A model generated the notes under the pieces. It was not told where the DNA came from. It worked only from the letters and a program-made list of their open reading frames with translations, and did no database searches. The position numbers were made by a program, and so were the translations under genes. A stretch of 64,000 nucleotides of DNA, from positions 18,972,001-19,036,000 of the forward strand of contig OZ024745.1 of the NCBI GenBank assembly GCA_964016885.1, given 5' to 3'. This DNA is from Eledone cirrhosa. Its lineage: Eukaryota. Below, piece after piece: positions 1-12,633 of the stretch (positions are counted from its first letter, which is position 1; each line of letters starts with the position of its first letter).

Positions 1-1320
1 GTCGAGATGTTATGGTTTTTCGTAGACAACAGAACATGGTGGTTTTCAGTATCTTGTTAGCCTGGCTAAGGCTTACGATATTTCGTTTCTGAATCTGAGG
101 AGGTCCTCCGTGCTGTCACACACATCTGGGGACATCTCAATGATGGGGCGTATGATCAGGGAGATGAAGTAAGACAGTCTGTAGTTACTAGCAATGTTAG
201 CCCCACAGACTGGCCGTGTTGGTGGTCCCGCGACAGGGTCCCAGCCCGTTTTATGGTCTTTTCGAAGCCCATACAACGCCGGCACGTCATTGTTCCAGGC
301 CTGGAAGTTGTTGGCAGTCCTTTTGTTGGGCTGCATTATATTTGTCCACATCACCATATGGGCATTGAGGGTTTTTTCTCTATCCTCATGCTCCTGTGGT
401 GTTACCTCTCTTGTGTTAGTGATTAGCAAGACATACCCGTTCCAAAGACCCTCATGTATAGATAAGAAATGTATAACCTGTAAAATAAGCCCCCATAACT
501 GTAAAACTAGAAATGTAGTATATAGCATAAGATGTACTGAAGGACAATGTAGAAACAAAAATATAGTGTACATAGGTGAGACAGCTCGTAGTATAGTGGA
601 ACGAATAAATGAACACTGGCGAGACCTCCAAGATAATAAAGAATCATCTGTGCTCTACCAACATGCTAAGATAGAACACAGGGGTAAATTAGAGAGCATA
701 GAAATAAAAATAAAAATAGAATCCACACACAAGAAAGACGCAATGTTTAGGCAAATTACAGAGGCAGTAAGCATAAAAGAATTAAAACCAAAATTAAATA
801 GAAAATATGAGTGGAACAGCAACATCACAACTTACAATTAAGGACAAAATGAAAACACACACACACATAGAACAAACAACTTACAATTGAAAACACACAC
901 AAAATGAAAACACACACAAGACAAAATGAAAACACACACACACATAGAACAAACAACCAACCAACAATAAATAAATAAATAAACAAACAAATAGAAAAAT
1001 GAACACAAACACACACAGACACCCGGATGTGGCGCATGCGCAAACTGAGCACGCAACCCACACACAAACAAAATGGCGTAGGATAGAAGAAAGGAAAGGC
1101 ACAGAAACGAAGAAAGAAATCCCCAGTCACTGAAGAGGTCACAGAGTGTGTGACGAAAGAACTATGACTATATATATATAAACAACTATCTGGTTGTGGA
1201 ACCAACCAACCAACCAGAAATTTATAAATTTGTAAATTTATAAATATATAATAAATTAAATTGAAGTGAAAGCAACTGGTGCGTGTGTTTCTTATTGGCA
1301 ACATGACCCTCCCAAAGTAT

Positions 1321-1325
<5 letters not shown>
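1..1325. mobile_element. Penelope-like retroelement: RT N-terminal part on the minus strand (runs off the window) plus an inverted 3' end (GIY-YIG and 3' UTR/pLTR) on the plus strand
   Basis: Minus ORF has YGLRKDHK...TRPVCGA...IIEMSPDVCDSTEDLL, homologous to the start of ORF 14726. Plus ORF has CIDKKCITC...VVYSIRC...YIGETARS...LNRKYEW. It ends in ATGACCCTCCCAAAGTATAACAA followed by (TA)n, like the other PLE ends. Confidence 0.9.
1125..1169 (+). ncRNA. Minimal hammerhead ribozyme in PLE 3' UTR/pLTR
   Basis: AGTCA-CTGAAGA-G-GTCACA gagtg TGTGAC-GAAA-GAAC-TA-TGACT; stems I and II pair. Confidence 0.8.
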
Positions 1326-1391
<66 letters not shown>

Positions 1392-1461
1392 AAGGTTAAA
1401 CAAGGTTCAAAATATAAAGGGGTAATATTATATATATATGTATATATATATATATATATAT

Positions 1462-1702
1462 AAGTATGTATACGTACATACATATATGTATACAGACGTA
1501 CAGTAGTATGTATATATATACATACATGCACACATATATATATGTACGTATGGGTTTACCGAACATTTATTATAATGCTCGGTTTGTTTGTAAACAAATG
1601 TTCGGTAAACCCATACGCACATGCGTGCATGTATGTATATATATACATACTACTGTACGTCTGTATACATATGTGTATGTACGTATACATACTTATATTT
1701 AA
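1462..1702. mobile_element. Short fold-back copy of the 19.9-22.6 kb HHR element family
   Basis: Palindromic arms (GTACGTATGGGTTTACCGAACATT / AATGTTCGGTAAACCCATACG and flanking AAGTATGTATACGTACATAC...) match 20012-20520. Confidence 0.75.
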
Positions 1703-1756
1703 GTAACAGCCGTACTAAGAGTGAGAAATGAAATTTCGTTTCTTTTTTTCTATGTA

Positions 1757-1790
<34 letters not shown>

Positions 1791-1815
1791 CATATATATT
1801 TATATATATATATAG

Positions 1816-2502
1816 TGAGTTAGAAACTCAGAGTAGTCTCTTACAATTAAATAGCTCTAAGAAAAAAGCTTTTCCGAGCCTTACAATATAATTGAATAAA
1901 CAAGAGAGATGAACACTAATATAAACATACATGTTTTCGAATCGTAAGGACCAAGTTTGCTAGAGTGAAAAAATACGAACTACAGCAATATGGTTTGTCA
2001 GAATTAATTTTAAATATTAAATTAAGAAAAATAACAGACCTATATTGGGCAAATCGCCTGGTAACAACTAGACAGTATTGGAGACTGTGTCGCAACATCT
2101 TATTAAGTGAAGTTCACACGCTTCTCTGCTCATCAGTAGTTGTTGAGAAATTAGTGATCCTTCCACTTCTAAAAATATTAGAGACTGAATTGTTTGCGAT
2201 AAGAATTATTGCACGTGTTTTCAGAACCCAGCTGGTCTCGAAATTCCCTGCCGCTACAAATAGCAGCCTGGCTGACATGACATTAAAATTAGCTCTACAT
2301 GATGGAGCCGATAAATATATAATGAGTTAGAAACTCAGGGTAGTCCCTTACAATTAAATAGCTCTAAGAAAAAAGCTTTTCCGAGCCGTACAATATAATT
2401 GAATAAACAAGAGAGATGAACACTAATATAAACATACATGTGTTCGAATCGTAAGGACCAAGTTTCGTAGAGCTATTTAATTGTAAGAGACTACTCTGAG
2501 TT
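1816..2502 (-). mobile_element. Non-coding HHR-bearing element: 507-bp unit, ~140-bp direct repeat and short inverted tail (retrozyme-like or non-autonomous PLE)
   Basis: Direct repeats at 1816-1958 and 2323-2465, inverted copy at 2468-2502, internal HHR, and a (TA)n tract on the left flank. Confidence 0.7.
2063..2144 (-). ncRNA. Hammerhead ribozyme with a GAAA>GACA core substitution (probably inactive copy)
   Basis: Minus strand: AACAACTA-CTGATGA-GCA...TGC-GACA-CAG tctccaata CTG-TC-TAGTTGTT; 8-bp stem I and GUC cleavage triplet. Confidence 0.75.
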
Positions 2503-2715
2503 ACAATTTCAAGGAAATCGGTCTGACGTAACGCCTCAAAAAGCCCCTAAAAAGCTGAAAAACGCAGTTTTTCACCTAATGCGGGCCCTAGGTTGAATGT
2601 TATGTGCATAACACTCTCTGAAACATAAGTAATACACATGTAAATTTTGAAAAAAAATCGGTTGGGTACTTCTCGAGTTTTAGGGATTCAAACTCGTAGA
2701 CACACACGCACACAC

Positions 2716-2767
<52 letters not shown>

Positions 2768-2789
2768 CCTCAGTTTTATATATATAGAT
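2503..2789 (-). mobile_element. Probable non-autonomous Helitron-like 5' fragment
   Basis: Minus strand starts TCTATATATATAAAA followed by (GT)n, resembling invertebrate non-autonomous Helitron 5' ends. Confidence 0.4.
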
Positions 2790-3281
2790 TATACAAGATA
2801 TATGTAACACCTTATATCCACTTTATTTACATAATATTACCGCTTTATATTTTGACGAATTCTCTCGAGGTTATTTCATGTTAATAAAGATAACAGCATA
2901 TATATTTATGTATGAGTGAAAATGTGTGTGTTTGTGTATGCCTGAGAAAACAAAGATGGCATTAATAGTATGAGAAGACGAGAGAACAGCGTGCAGAAAG
3001 GTGAAGAAATGAAGTTATTTATTTGAACGTATTAAGCTCAACAATAACCATATTAGGTGCTGAATTGTTAAATTTCTGATTGTAAAGGTCGTAGGTTAAC
3101 CTCAACATCGCCATTGTTCTGTTGAGAAAAACACATTTCACTAATGTAAAGATAGATTTCTGTGAGTGTTTTATAACGGACAAAATAATGAAGATGTTTT
3201 CGGTGTCTTCAAATTAGCCTTCGGCAAGTGGCTGTTTGTTTTGTCAACCAAGCACGCCATATATAAAGTATATTGTGCTAG

Positions 3282-3393
<112 letters not shown>

Positions 3394-3803
3394 GTGTGAG
3401 TGTGTGTGTGTGTGTGTCTGTGTGTGTCTGTGTGCGTGTGTGTGTGTGTGTGCGTGTGTGTGCGTGTGTGTGACTTTTGTGCGGAGACACAGAAGGAGAT
3501 GCAGAGAGAGAAAGATTTGATTGAGATAGTTTGATGATAGATACATACACATATAAATGATACATACACATATAATTACAAACATAGACGTGTGTGCGTA
3601 TATATGTATCAGTGTTATGTGTTGTTATATATACGTATATATGTCTGTGTGTATGTGTGTCTGAAGATACAGAAAGAGATACAGAGAGAGAGAGAGATTT
3701 GAGTGAGATAGTTTGAAGAGAGATGCATACACATATAATTGCAAATATAAACATGTTTGAGTACATATGTATGTACCTTATATATACGTATATATATATG
3801 TGC

Positions 3804-3885
<82 letters not shown>

Positions 3886-4552
3886 GAGATCATTTCATAG
3901 ACTCCTTATACCCTTAACAGTGTTCTCATAAAGATTCAGCATGATCGAGTGTGTCATAGCAAACCCTTTGAATTACAAGTACAACTCCTTTTTTCCAGCT
4001 AAGAGGACTGAACCAAGGTCATAACGCACCACCAGTAATCAAACTCACCACCTTGCGATCACGAGCTGAACACACTAACCTCTGTGCCATCAATCGATCA
4101 AATAGATCGACAAGATCCCAGGCCTCATTTTCTTACCATGTGGGGTGGAACTGGTCAAATCGAACCAAGGAAACAGTGTTTCTATTGGTCTTTCCATTGC
4201 TGATAATAACTACTGGCAGAAAGAGCAACGGGAAAAGAAATATCTTGCTTACGGCCATAACGCATCACCCAGTCCGAGAATTGAACTCACAACCTTGCGA
4301 TTGTGAATCCAAGAATGTTTTGAAGGTTGTCAGATGAACTACCTGTAATTCAAAAGTCTAACCTTCCCACACTCTGTATCACGCTGAATCTCCCTGACAA
4401 TTACATTAAGGGCTCATGTGTCTGTGGAATATTCATTAAATTATTCGTTAATTTAAAGATTATAACGTTCTATTGATCGAACTGCAACACTCGTTGTCCA
4501 ACCCGTCGCAGGCCAATTTACTTTATTATGGTAATACCTGCTTGCATGTATG

Positions 4553-4690
4553 GTTCCGTAACTCCTTGGGGGAGTCGTAGGATCACCGTATTGACATACA
4601 GCGTTCCTAGGACATTTTTTAAACCTGGCAGAGCCCGGTCCTCTCCAGATCTGAATACAGCAGATTTCTTCCAGAGAAGGGGAGATAGAG
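4553..4690 (+). repeat. Dispersed repeat; second diverged copy at 32270-32397 (minus strand)
   Basis: Shared CCGTAACTCC...TTTAAACCTGGCAGAG...TTCTTCCAGAGAAGG. Confidence 0.6.
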
Positions 4691-5779
4691 TGAGAGAATG
4701 GAAGTGAGAAAGAGATATAGAGGAAAAGTCGACACCCCACACTCCAGTATTAGACTGGTACTTTTTTATCAACTTTGAATGGTTAAAAGGCAAAGTTGAC
4801 TTCGGTGGGATTTGAACTTAGAGAGAGCCGAAACGAATACCGCAAAGCATTCTATATAATGTTCTAACGACTCTACCAAATCGCCGCCTAGTAATACATG
4901 CATATTGGCAATTAATTTGGCAAAGAAACGTTAGGGCCTATGAAGAATCTATTTGTAAATGGCTGCAGTGTTTATTCAATTTACTTGTGTCTGATAGTCA
5001 AAAACTGACTTCATCTCTAAGCAAGCAAACAATTTGTTATTCCCATGAGTCTTCCATATTCTATGAATTCATATGTATGAATTCATAGAAAAGCTTATAA
5101 TCTTTTAAGTTAATTATGTGTGCTTCAAACAGACACATTAACGAAAAATAAAACGATATATTCAATTACAAACATAATCATCAAACATGTTTACCTTAAT
5201 AGTCTACTAAATAATATTAATAGAGAGCCGTCAAAAACACACCTGTACCTAATCAATGATTTTTGTTTTATTTTGGCAGCAATTTATGAGTGAAAATATA
5301 TTAATGAGTTAGTCATCTGTTATTTTCATAGGTTTGTCGTCTGCGACTACCATTTCAATAACATTTTTTTTTTAATGAAAATGGTTAAACACTTTGTAGA
5401 ACATTTGTGAGAATATTGTGAAGAAAACAAACTTTGCCAAAATACAGAAGATTTTCTATCAAATATGCTGCTTGTTTGATCTGAGGCCGTTTCTTTTTTT
5501 TTCCTAAATTGTTTCTGAAAAGCTCATCTTTGTATTTTATTTTTATATCGATCAGTTATAGTACACAGTTTTGTCATGAAACAGCCATTAGGGAAGTATT
5601 GTTTACTATGACATTCCTGTATGGCGTTTATTGCAGGTGGTGGTGGAGGTGGTGTGGTGGTGGTGCTAGTCCTAGTACTATCATGTAGTGGGGATATAGT
5701 GATGATTATGGTGATGGTGGGGTTGATGTTGGTACTGGTTCCTGTGATGGTGGTAGTGATGGTGGTAGTGATGGTGGTG

Positions 5780-8370
5780 GTGGTGGGGGGTGTAGGGAGT
5801 GGTGGTAGCTGTGTAGTGGTAGTAGTGTTGTGGGGTGTAGGGAGTGGTGGTTGTGGTGGTGGTGGTGTAGGGAGTGGTGGTAGCTGTGTAGTAGTAGTAG
5901 TGTTGTGGGGGGTGTAGGGAGTGATGGCCGGGGGGGAGCTATGCAGTGCTAGTAGTGTTGGGGTGGTGGTGTAGGGAGTGGTGGTGGTGGTGTAGTGGTA
6001 GTAGTGTTGTGGGGGTGTAGTGGTAGGTGGTAGCTGTGTAGTAGTAGTAGTGTTGTGGGGGTGTAGGAAGAAGTGGTAGCTGTGTAGTGGTAGTAGTGTT
6101 GAGGTGGTGTAGGGAATGGTGGTAGCTGTGTAGTGGTAGTAGTGTTGGGGTGGTGTAGGGAGTGATGGTAACTGTGTGGTGGTAGTAGGTTGGGTGGTGT
6201 AGGGAGAGGTGGTAGTTGTGTAGTGGTAGTAGTGTTGGGGTGGTGTAGGGAATGGTAGTAGTAGTAGTGTTGGGGTGAAGTAGGGAGTGGTGGTGGCTGT
6301 GTAGTGGTAGTAGTGTTGGGTGGTGGTGGTGTAGGGAGTGGTGATAGCTGTGTAGTGGTAGTAGTGTTGGTGGTGTAGGGGGGCTGTGTAGTGGTAGTAG
6401 TGTTGGGGTGATGTAGGGAGTGGTAGTGGCTGTGTAGTGGTAGTAGTGTTGGGGTGGTGTGGGGAGGGGGGCTGTGTAGTGGTAGTAGTGTTGGGGTGGC
6501 GTAAGGAGTGTTAGTAGCTGTGTAGTGGTAGTAGTGTTGGGGTGGTGGTGTAGGGAATGGTGGTAGCTGTGTAGTGGTAGTAGTGTTGGGTGGTGGTGTA
6601 GGGAGTGGTGGTAGCTGTGTAGTGGTAGTAGTGTTGGGGTGGTGTAGGGGGTGGTGGTGGCTGTGTAGTGGTAGTAGTGTTGGGGTAGTGTAGGGAGTGG
6701 TTGTAGCTGTGTAGTGGTAGTAGTGTTGGGGTGGTGTAGGGAGTGGTGGTGGCTGTGTAGTGGTAGTAGTGTTGGGGTGGTGTAGGGGGTGGTGGTGGCT
6801 GTGTAGTGGTAGTAGTGTTGGGGTGATGTAGGGAGTGGTAGTGGCTGTGTAGTGGTAGTAGTGTTGGGGTGGTGGGGGGGGGGGGGGGGGGGGGCTGTGT
6901 AGTGGTAGTAGTGTTGGGGTGGTGTAGGGGGTGGTGGTGGCTGTGTAGTGGTAGTAGTGTTGGGTGGTGTAGGGAGTGGTTGTAGCTGTGTAGTGGTAGT
7001 AGTGTTGGGGTGGTGTAGGGAGTGGTGGTGGCTGTGTAGTGGTAGTAGCATTGGGGTGGTTTAGGGAGTGGTGGTAGCTGTGTAGTGGTAGTAGCAATGG
7101 GGTGGTGTAGGGAGTGGTGGTAACTGTGTAGTGGTAGTAGCATTGGGGTGGTTTAGGGAGTGGTTTAGGGAGTGGTGGTGGTGATGGTGGTGGTGTAGTG
7201 GTAGTAGTGTTGGGGTGGTGGTGTAGGGAATGGTGGTAGCTGTGTAGTGGTAGTAGTGTTGGGGTGGTGTAGGGAGTGGTGGTAGATGTGTAGTGGTAGT
7301 AGTGTTGGTGTGGTGGTGTAGGGAGTGGTGTTGGTGTGGTGGTGTAGGGAGTGGTGGTGGTGGTGGTGGTGGTGGTGTAGTTGTAGTAGTGTTGGGGAGG
7401 TGGTGTAGGGAGTGGTGGTGGCTGTGTAGTGGTAGTAGTGTTTGGGTGGTGGTGTAGGGAGTGGTGGTAGCTGTGTAGTGGTAGTAGTGTTTGGGTGGTG
7501 GTGTAGGGAGTGGTGGTAGCTGTGTAGTGGTAGTAGTGTTGGGGTGGTGTAGGGAGTGGTGGTAGCTGTGTAGTGGTAGTAGTGTTGGGGTGGTTTAGGG
7601 AGTGGTGGTAGCTGTGTAGTGGTAGCAGTGTTGGTGTGGTGTAGGGAGTGGTGGTAGTTGTGTAGTGGTAGTAATGTTGGGGTGGTGTAGGGAGTGGTGG
7701 TAGTTGTGTAGTGGTAGTAGTGTTGTGGGGGTGTAGGGAGTGGTGGTAGCTGTGTAGTGGTAGTAGTGTTGTGAGGTGGTGTAGGGAGTGGTGGTAGTTG
7801 TGTAGTGGTAGTAGTGTTGTGGGGGTGTAGGGAGTGGTGGTAGCTGTGTAGTGGTAGTAGTGTTGTGAGGTGGTGTAGGGAGTGGTGGTAGCTGTGTAGT
7901 GGTAGTAGTGTTTGGGGGGGTGTAGGGAGTGGTGGTAGCTGTGTAGTGGTAGTTTTGTTGTGAGGTGGTGTAGGGAGTGGTGGTAGCTGTGTAGTGGTAG
8001 TAGTGTTTGGGGGGAGTGTAGGGGAGGTGGTGGTGGTGTAGTGTAGTAGTGTTGTGGGGTGGTGTAGGGAGTGGTGGTAGCTGTGTAGTGGTAGTAGTGT
8101 TTGGGGGGAGTGTAGGGGAGGTGGTGGTGGTGTAGTGTAGTAATGTTGTGGGGTGGTGTAGGGAGTGGTGGTAGCTGTGTAGTGGTAGTAGTGTTGGGGT
8201 GGTGTAGGGAGTGGTGGTAGCTGTGTAGTGGTAGTAGTGTTTGGGGGGAGTGTAGGGGAGGTGGTGTAGTGTAGTAGTGTTGTGGGGGTGTAGGGAGTGG
8301 TGGTAGCTGTGTAGTGGTAGTAGTGGTGGGGTGGTGGAAGCTGTGTAGTGGTAGTAATGTCGTGTGGGGA
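5780..8370 (+). repeat. G/T-rich minisatellite, ~46-bp unit
   Basis: Unit GGGGTGGTGTAGGGAGTGGTGGTAGCTGTGTAGTGGTAGTAGTGTT repeated about 50 times. It explains the long Pro/Thr/His ORFs in all three minus frames. Confidence 0.95.
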
Positions 8371-8533
8371 GGGGGTGCTTGCGTGGGGCTAGTTCGTGGT
8401 GACATCGAAAGATACCAGTTATAATGAATGGGGAAGGGGAATATGAGCTCCGGCCGTTTTGGCAATTTTCGGATCTAGTTGTCGAAACAGCCGGAGCTCA
8501 TCCGTCGGGGTCCTGACACCTTTCACATATATA

Positions 8534-9419
8534 CGAGGTGTGTCACAAAAGTTCCAGGACTGATGTTACAAAAGATTTATTTCAAACCCAAACTTCACAC
8601 TAAGAGTTTTCTCCTTTAAAGTAATCCCCCTGAAGTATGTAACTGTAATCTTAGCTCTCTGCAGCGATCAAACTTTTTTCTTCATACTTTTATATACCTG
8701 TCCTCTGTTTCAGGTCGTCAAGCAATGAGCACAGAGCAACGAACAAACTTGAAGTTTCTGGTACGGTTGGGGAAAACTCCGTCAGAAGCACTGGGATTGC
8801 TGCAACAAGTGTATGGAGATGAGACGATGTCAGGCCCACGCGTTTTTTGGGTGGTGCAAGATGACCGCAGGAGCGGAAGGCCCTCATCAACCAGGACTGA
8901 GGTCAACGTTGAGCGCGTCAGGCAGATGGTGCGAAGCGATCGTCGGTTGACTGTTCGACTGATGGCAAATGAGCTGGGCATGAATCGGGACAGCGTCTGG
9001 AAGATTCTCACTGAAGATTTGGACATGCGGAAAGTCTGCGAGAAGATGATGCCAAACTGCTGAACAATGACCAGAAGGGTCGACGCATTCAAGTGTGCCA
9101 GGACACCCTCGAGCGTCTTGAAACCGAACCAGACTTGCTAGGGACAGTCATCACCGGTGATGAGTCATGGATCTTCGCGTACGACCCGGAGGGGACCCTT
9201 TTTGAAGAGGTGGACGACATCACAAAGGCCGTGATGACGGAACTGCGGAGGATCCCGGAAGAATCCTTCCAGGAGTGCATGCAACCGTGGCAGAAAGGGA
9301 TGGAAAATTGCATTAGACTCCATGGGGATTACTTTGAGAGAGAAAACTCTTAGTGTCAAGTTTGGGTTGGACATAAATCTTTTGTGACATCAGTCCTGGA
9401 ACTTTTCTGACACACCTCG
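8534..9419 (+). mobile_element. Internally deleted mariner (Tc1/mariner) transposon
   Basis: TIRs CGAGGTGTGTCA(C/G)AAAAGTTCCAGGACTGATG, TA target duplication, and transposase motifs EQRTNLKF, DDRRSGRP, ITGDESWIFAYDPE, GDYFE. The catalytic middle is missing. Confidence 0.93.
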
Positions 9420-9442
9420 TATATATATATATATAAATATAT

Positions 9443-9901
9443 ATAGGAACAAGTAAGACCCCGACGGCTGAGCTCAAGCCGTTTCGACGGCTAATTCTGG
9501 ACTCCAGAATTAGCCGTCGAAACGGCTTGAGCTCAGCCGTCGGGGTCTTACTTGTTCCTATTACCCACTCTACTACCCTAAGTATTGAGTACTTTGGTGC
9601 GTTATGGTCCACCTGGTTCCTTACCACATTTCCTTCGTTATAAATATATATATATAACATAAAGATGGTGATATTACATAAACCGTTAATCATAATTATT
9701 TCAACGGTTCTCCCATGCAATCAAGATGTCTTTCATGCATTTGTTGTTGTATATATATATATATATATATACTATGGTCGAAACGGCTTGAGCTCAGCTG
9801 TCGGGGTCTTACTGGTTCCTATTACCCACTCTACTACCTCAAGTATTGAGTACTTTGGTGCGTTATGGTCCACCTGGTTCCTTGCCACATTTCCTTCGTT
9901 A
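9443..9901 (+). mobile_element. Fold-back plus partial-tandem element carrying the 3' half of an HHR
   Basis: Perfect palindrome at 9443-9561 centred on 9502. The unit restarts at 9777 (period ~261). It contains GAAA-CGGCT tgagctc AGCCG-TC-GGGG. A third 3' fragment is at 51503-51590. Confidence 0.7.
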
Positions 9902-9904
9902 TAC

Positions 9905-9962
<58 letters not shown>

Positions 9963-10057
9963 CGTGTGTGTATGTAAAAGGTAAACAGAAATAACAACAC
10001 AATCGGTACAGTATATGGAAGGGATATATTAGGTTAACGCTTGATATAGCAGGAAGA

Positions 10058-10205
<148 letters not shown>

Positions 10206-10599
10206 GTGTGTGTGTGTGCAAGGGTGTGTGTGTGTGTGCAAGGGTGTGTGTGTGTGTTATAATATATATAAATGTTATATAATATATATATATTCAAAAT
10301 ACGGGACACAGATCAAAGACAATGGAAAAATCAACGGGAAACGGACAATCCCATCTCCTCAGTCAACCTCTGGAAATCGCTACGGTTTCGGTTATTTAAG
10401 TCCTTCCAGTGCACATTTTGACACAACAAAACAAAATGTATATATTTATATTCAAAATAGGGGGCGCACAAGTAAACACAATGGAAAATACAACGGAAAG
10501 ACCGACAGTCCTATCTCCTCAATCAACCTCCGTACATTAATGTTTATACCGTACATTCGAGTGCACATTCGGACATATATATATATATATGTGTGTGTG

Positions 10600-10668
<69 letters not shown>

Positions 10669-11214
10669 TTGTGTGTATATATATATATATGTGTGTGTGC
10701 GTGTGTGTGTGTGTGTGTGTGTTTGTATATATATATATATGTGTGTGTGCGTGTGTGTGTGTGTGTATTAGACTAATACCGTTTCATGAATGCTTCATCA
10801 ATCATTGATTTATACTAAAAGATAACACAAGAGCCATATTGCTTTCAATAGTTGAAATAGATCCCATTAGTCACACGTAAAAGGTGTTTATTCACAAATG
10901 AAAAAAAAAACATATTTTTCTGAAGCAACGAACAATGCACCTAACTTGCGAGTAAATTTAGTCGTTTGGCTTAAATTTTAACTCGATTTTCTGTGTCGGG
11001 TTTCTTAGTACATTTTATCTCACGTCGTGTGCATAAGTATATGCCTCAATACGTGATGTCTATGTCGGGTACAAGAGCATACTGTTTGATTTAGTATATC
11101 TATCAATGCGTAATATGTAAGCAGCATGTTTTGTAGAAGGATGTGAAAAATAAGTGTTTATATACCTGTGTGTGTGTTTGCGTGTATATACTTATGCGTA
11201 TATATATATGCAAT

Positions 11215-11251
<37 letters not shown>

Positions 11252-11252
11252 C

Positions 11253-11295
<43 letters not shown>

Positions 11296-11401
11296 ATAAG
11301 GATGTATGTATTTGAATGGAAGGTGTGTACGTATTTGTCTAAGTATGCACATTGCGTGTGTCTAATTATCAACTACACATGCGGCGCAACCATTTATTTA
11401 T

Positions 11402-11504
<103 letters not shown>

Positions 11505-11661
11505 CATACATATATAGATATATAGATATATATATACATACATACATATATATATACATACATATATACATACATACATATATATATACATGCATATATA
11601 TATATATAGAGAGATATATAGATATAGATATACATACATATATACATACATATATACATAC

Positions 11662-12261
11662 ATGGTGGCTGCCAACTCGTTTTCGAGTACGGCCACTACT
11701 TTATATCCATGTAGGAGAACCCCTACTGATGCGCTAAACGAGTGTGACTTTTTAGTCCAGCCAGCGACTTGAAAACTCGGGTACAAACACTACACTTGTG
11801 ACAATTATTGACACATAGTGCTGGGCCCATGGTACCATTGGACGACAAGGGCAGAGAGATCTCCAGATATAAAGCAATGCCTGTGCCGTGAAGCTTTTAT
11901 AGTGAGCAAAGGCACTGCACAAAGCCAGTCCCACTCTCTTAACCAAGCTGATATTTACCAAAAAGAAGAACAAGTCAACATCGTTGGATACCATCAGAGT
12001 TGCAGGTGTTATATCAGAGTTTTCCTTCTCCTAGAATTCTGCCTTGACAAAGGCTAAGGGGTCATCTCTCCCGGTGATTTTGACTCTTAAGAGCTCCTTT
12101 GCCCTTTGACAGGTTTTGTTTTTAGTCCTGCAGGATGTCCAAAGTCACCCTCCTCACCAAGCAACCTTGGTGGGGTTGCCAGTTTAGTCGCCAACGACCC
12201 GACCATGGGACAGGTTGTACTGGGATACATGTTACCAGTAGCACCAACTGGTGACCTGACA
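11662..12261 (-). mobile_element. ~600-bp non-coding retroposon with (TATG)n-type tail; second copy at 32467-32980
   Basis: Two highly similar copies, each embedded in (TACA)n/(TA)n tracts. Confidence 0.75.
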
Positions 12262-12329
12262 TAATATATATATACATACATATATATATATATATACATA
12301 CATATATATATATATAGAGAGATATATAC

Positions 12330-12364
<35 letters not shown>

Positions 12365-12633
12365 CATATATATATACATATATATATACATACATATATA
12401 TATATAGAGAGAGATATATAGATATATATATACATACATATATATATACATACATATATACATACATACATATATATATACATACATATATATATAGAAA
12501 GAGATATATAGATATGTATATACATACATACATATATATATACATACATATATACATACATACATATATATACACATATATATATATATATATATGAAAC
12601 ATAAGAATCAAAGAACTGTTCAAAACATTATTG

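Noticed and set aside
3020-3118. Possible minus-strand terminal exon (acceptor tttttctcaacAG)
   Set aside because: Two short frames are equally plausible, with no recognisable homology or partner exon.
5939-8465. 838-aa and 370-aa Pro/Thr/His-rich ORFs
   Set aside because: Minisatellite translation, open in several frames because of base composition.
12100-12261. HDV-like ribozyme at the 5' end of the ~600-bp retroposon
   Set aside because: GC-rich and plausible by analogy to RTE 5' UTRs, but the nested double pseudoknot could not be assigned by eye.
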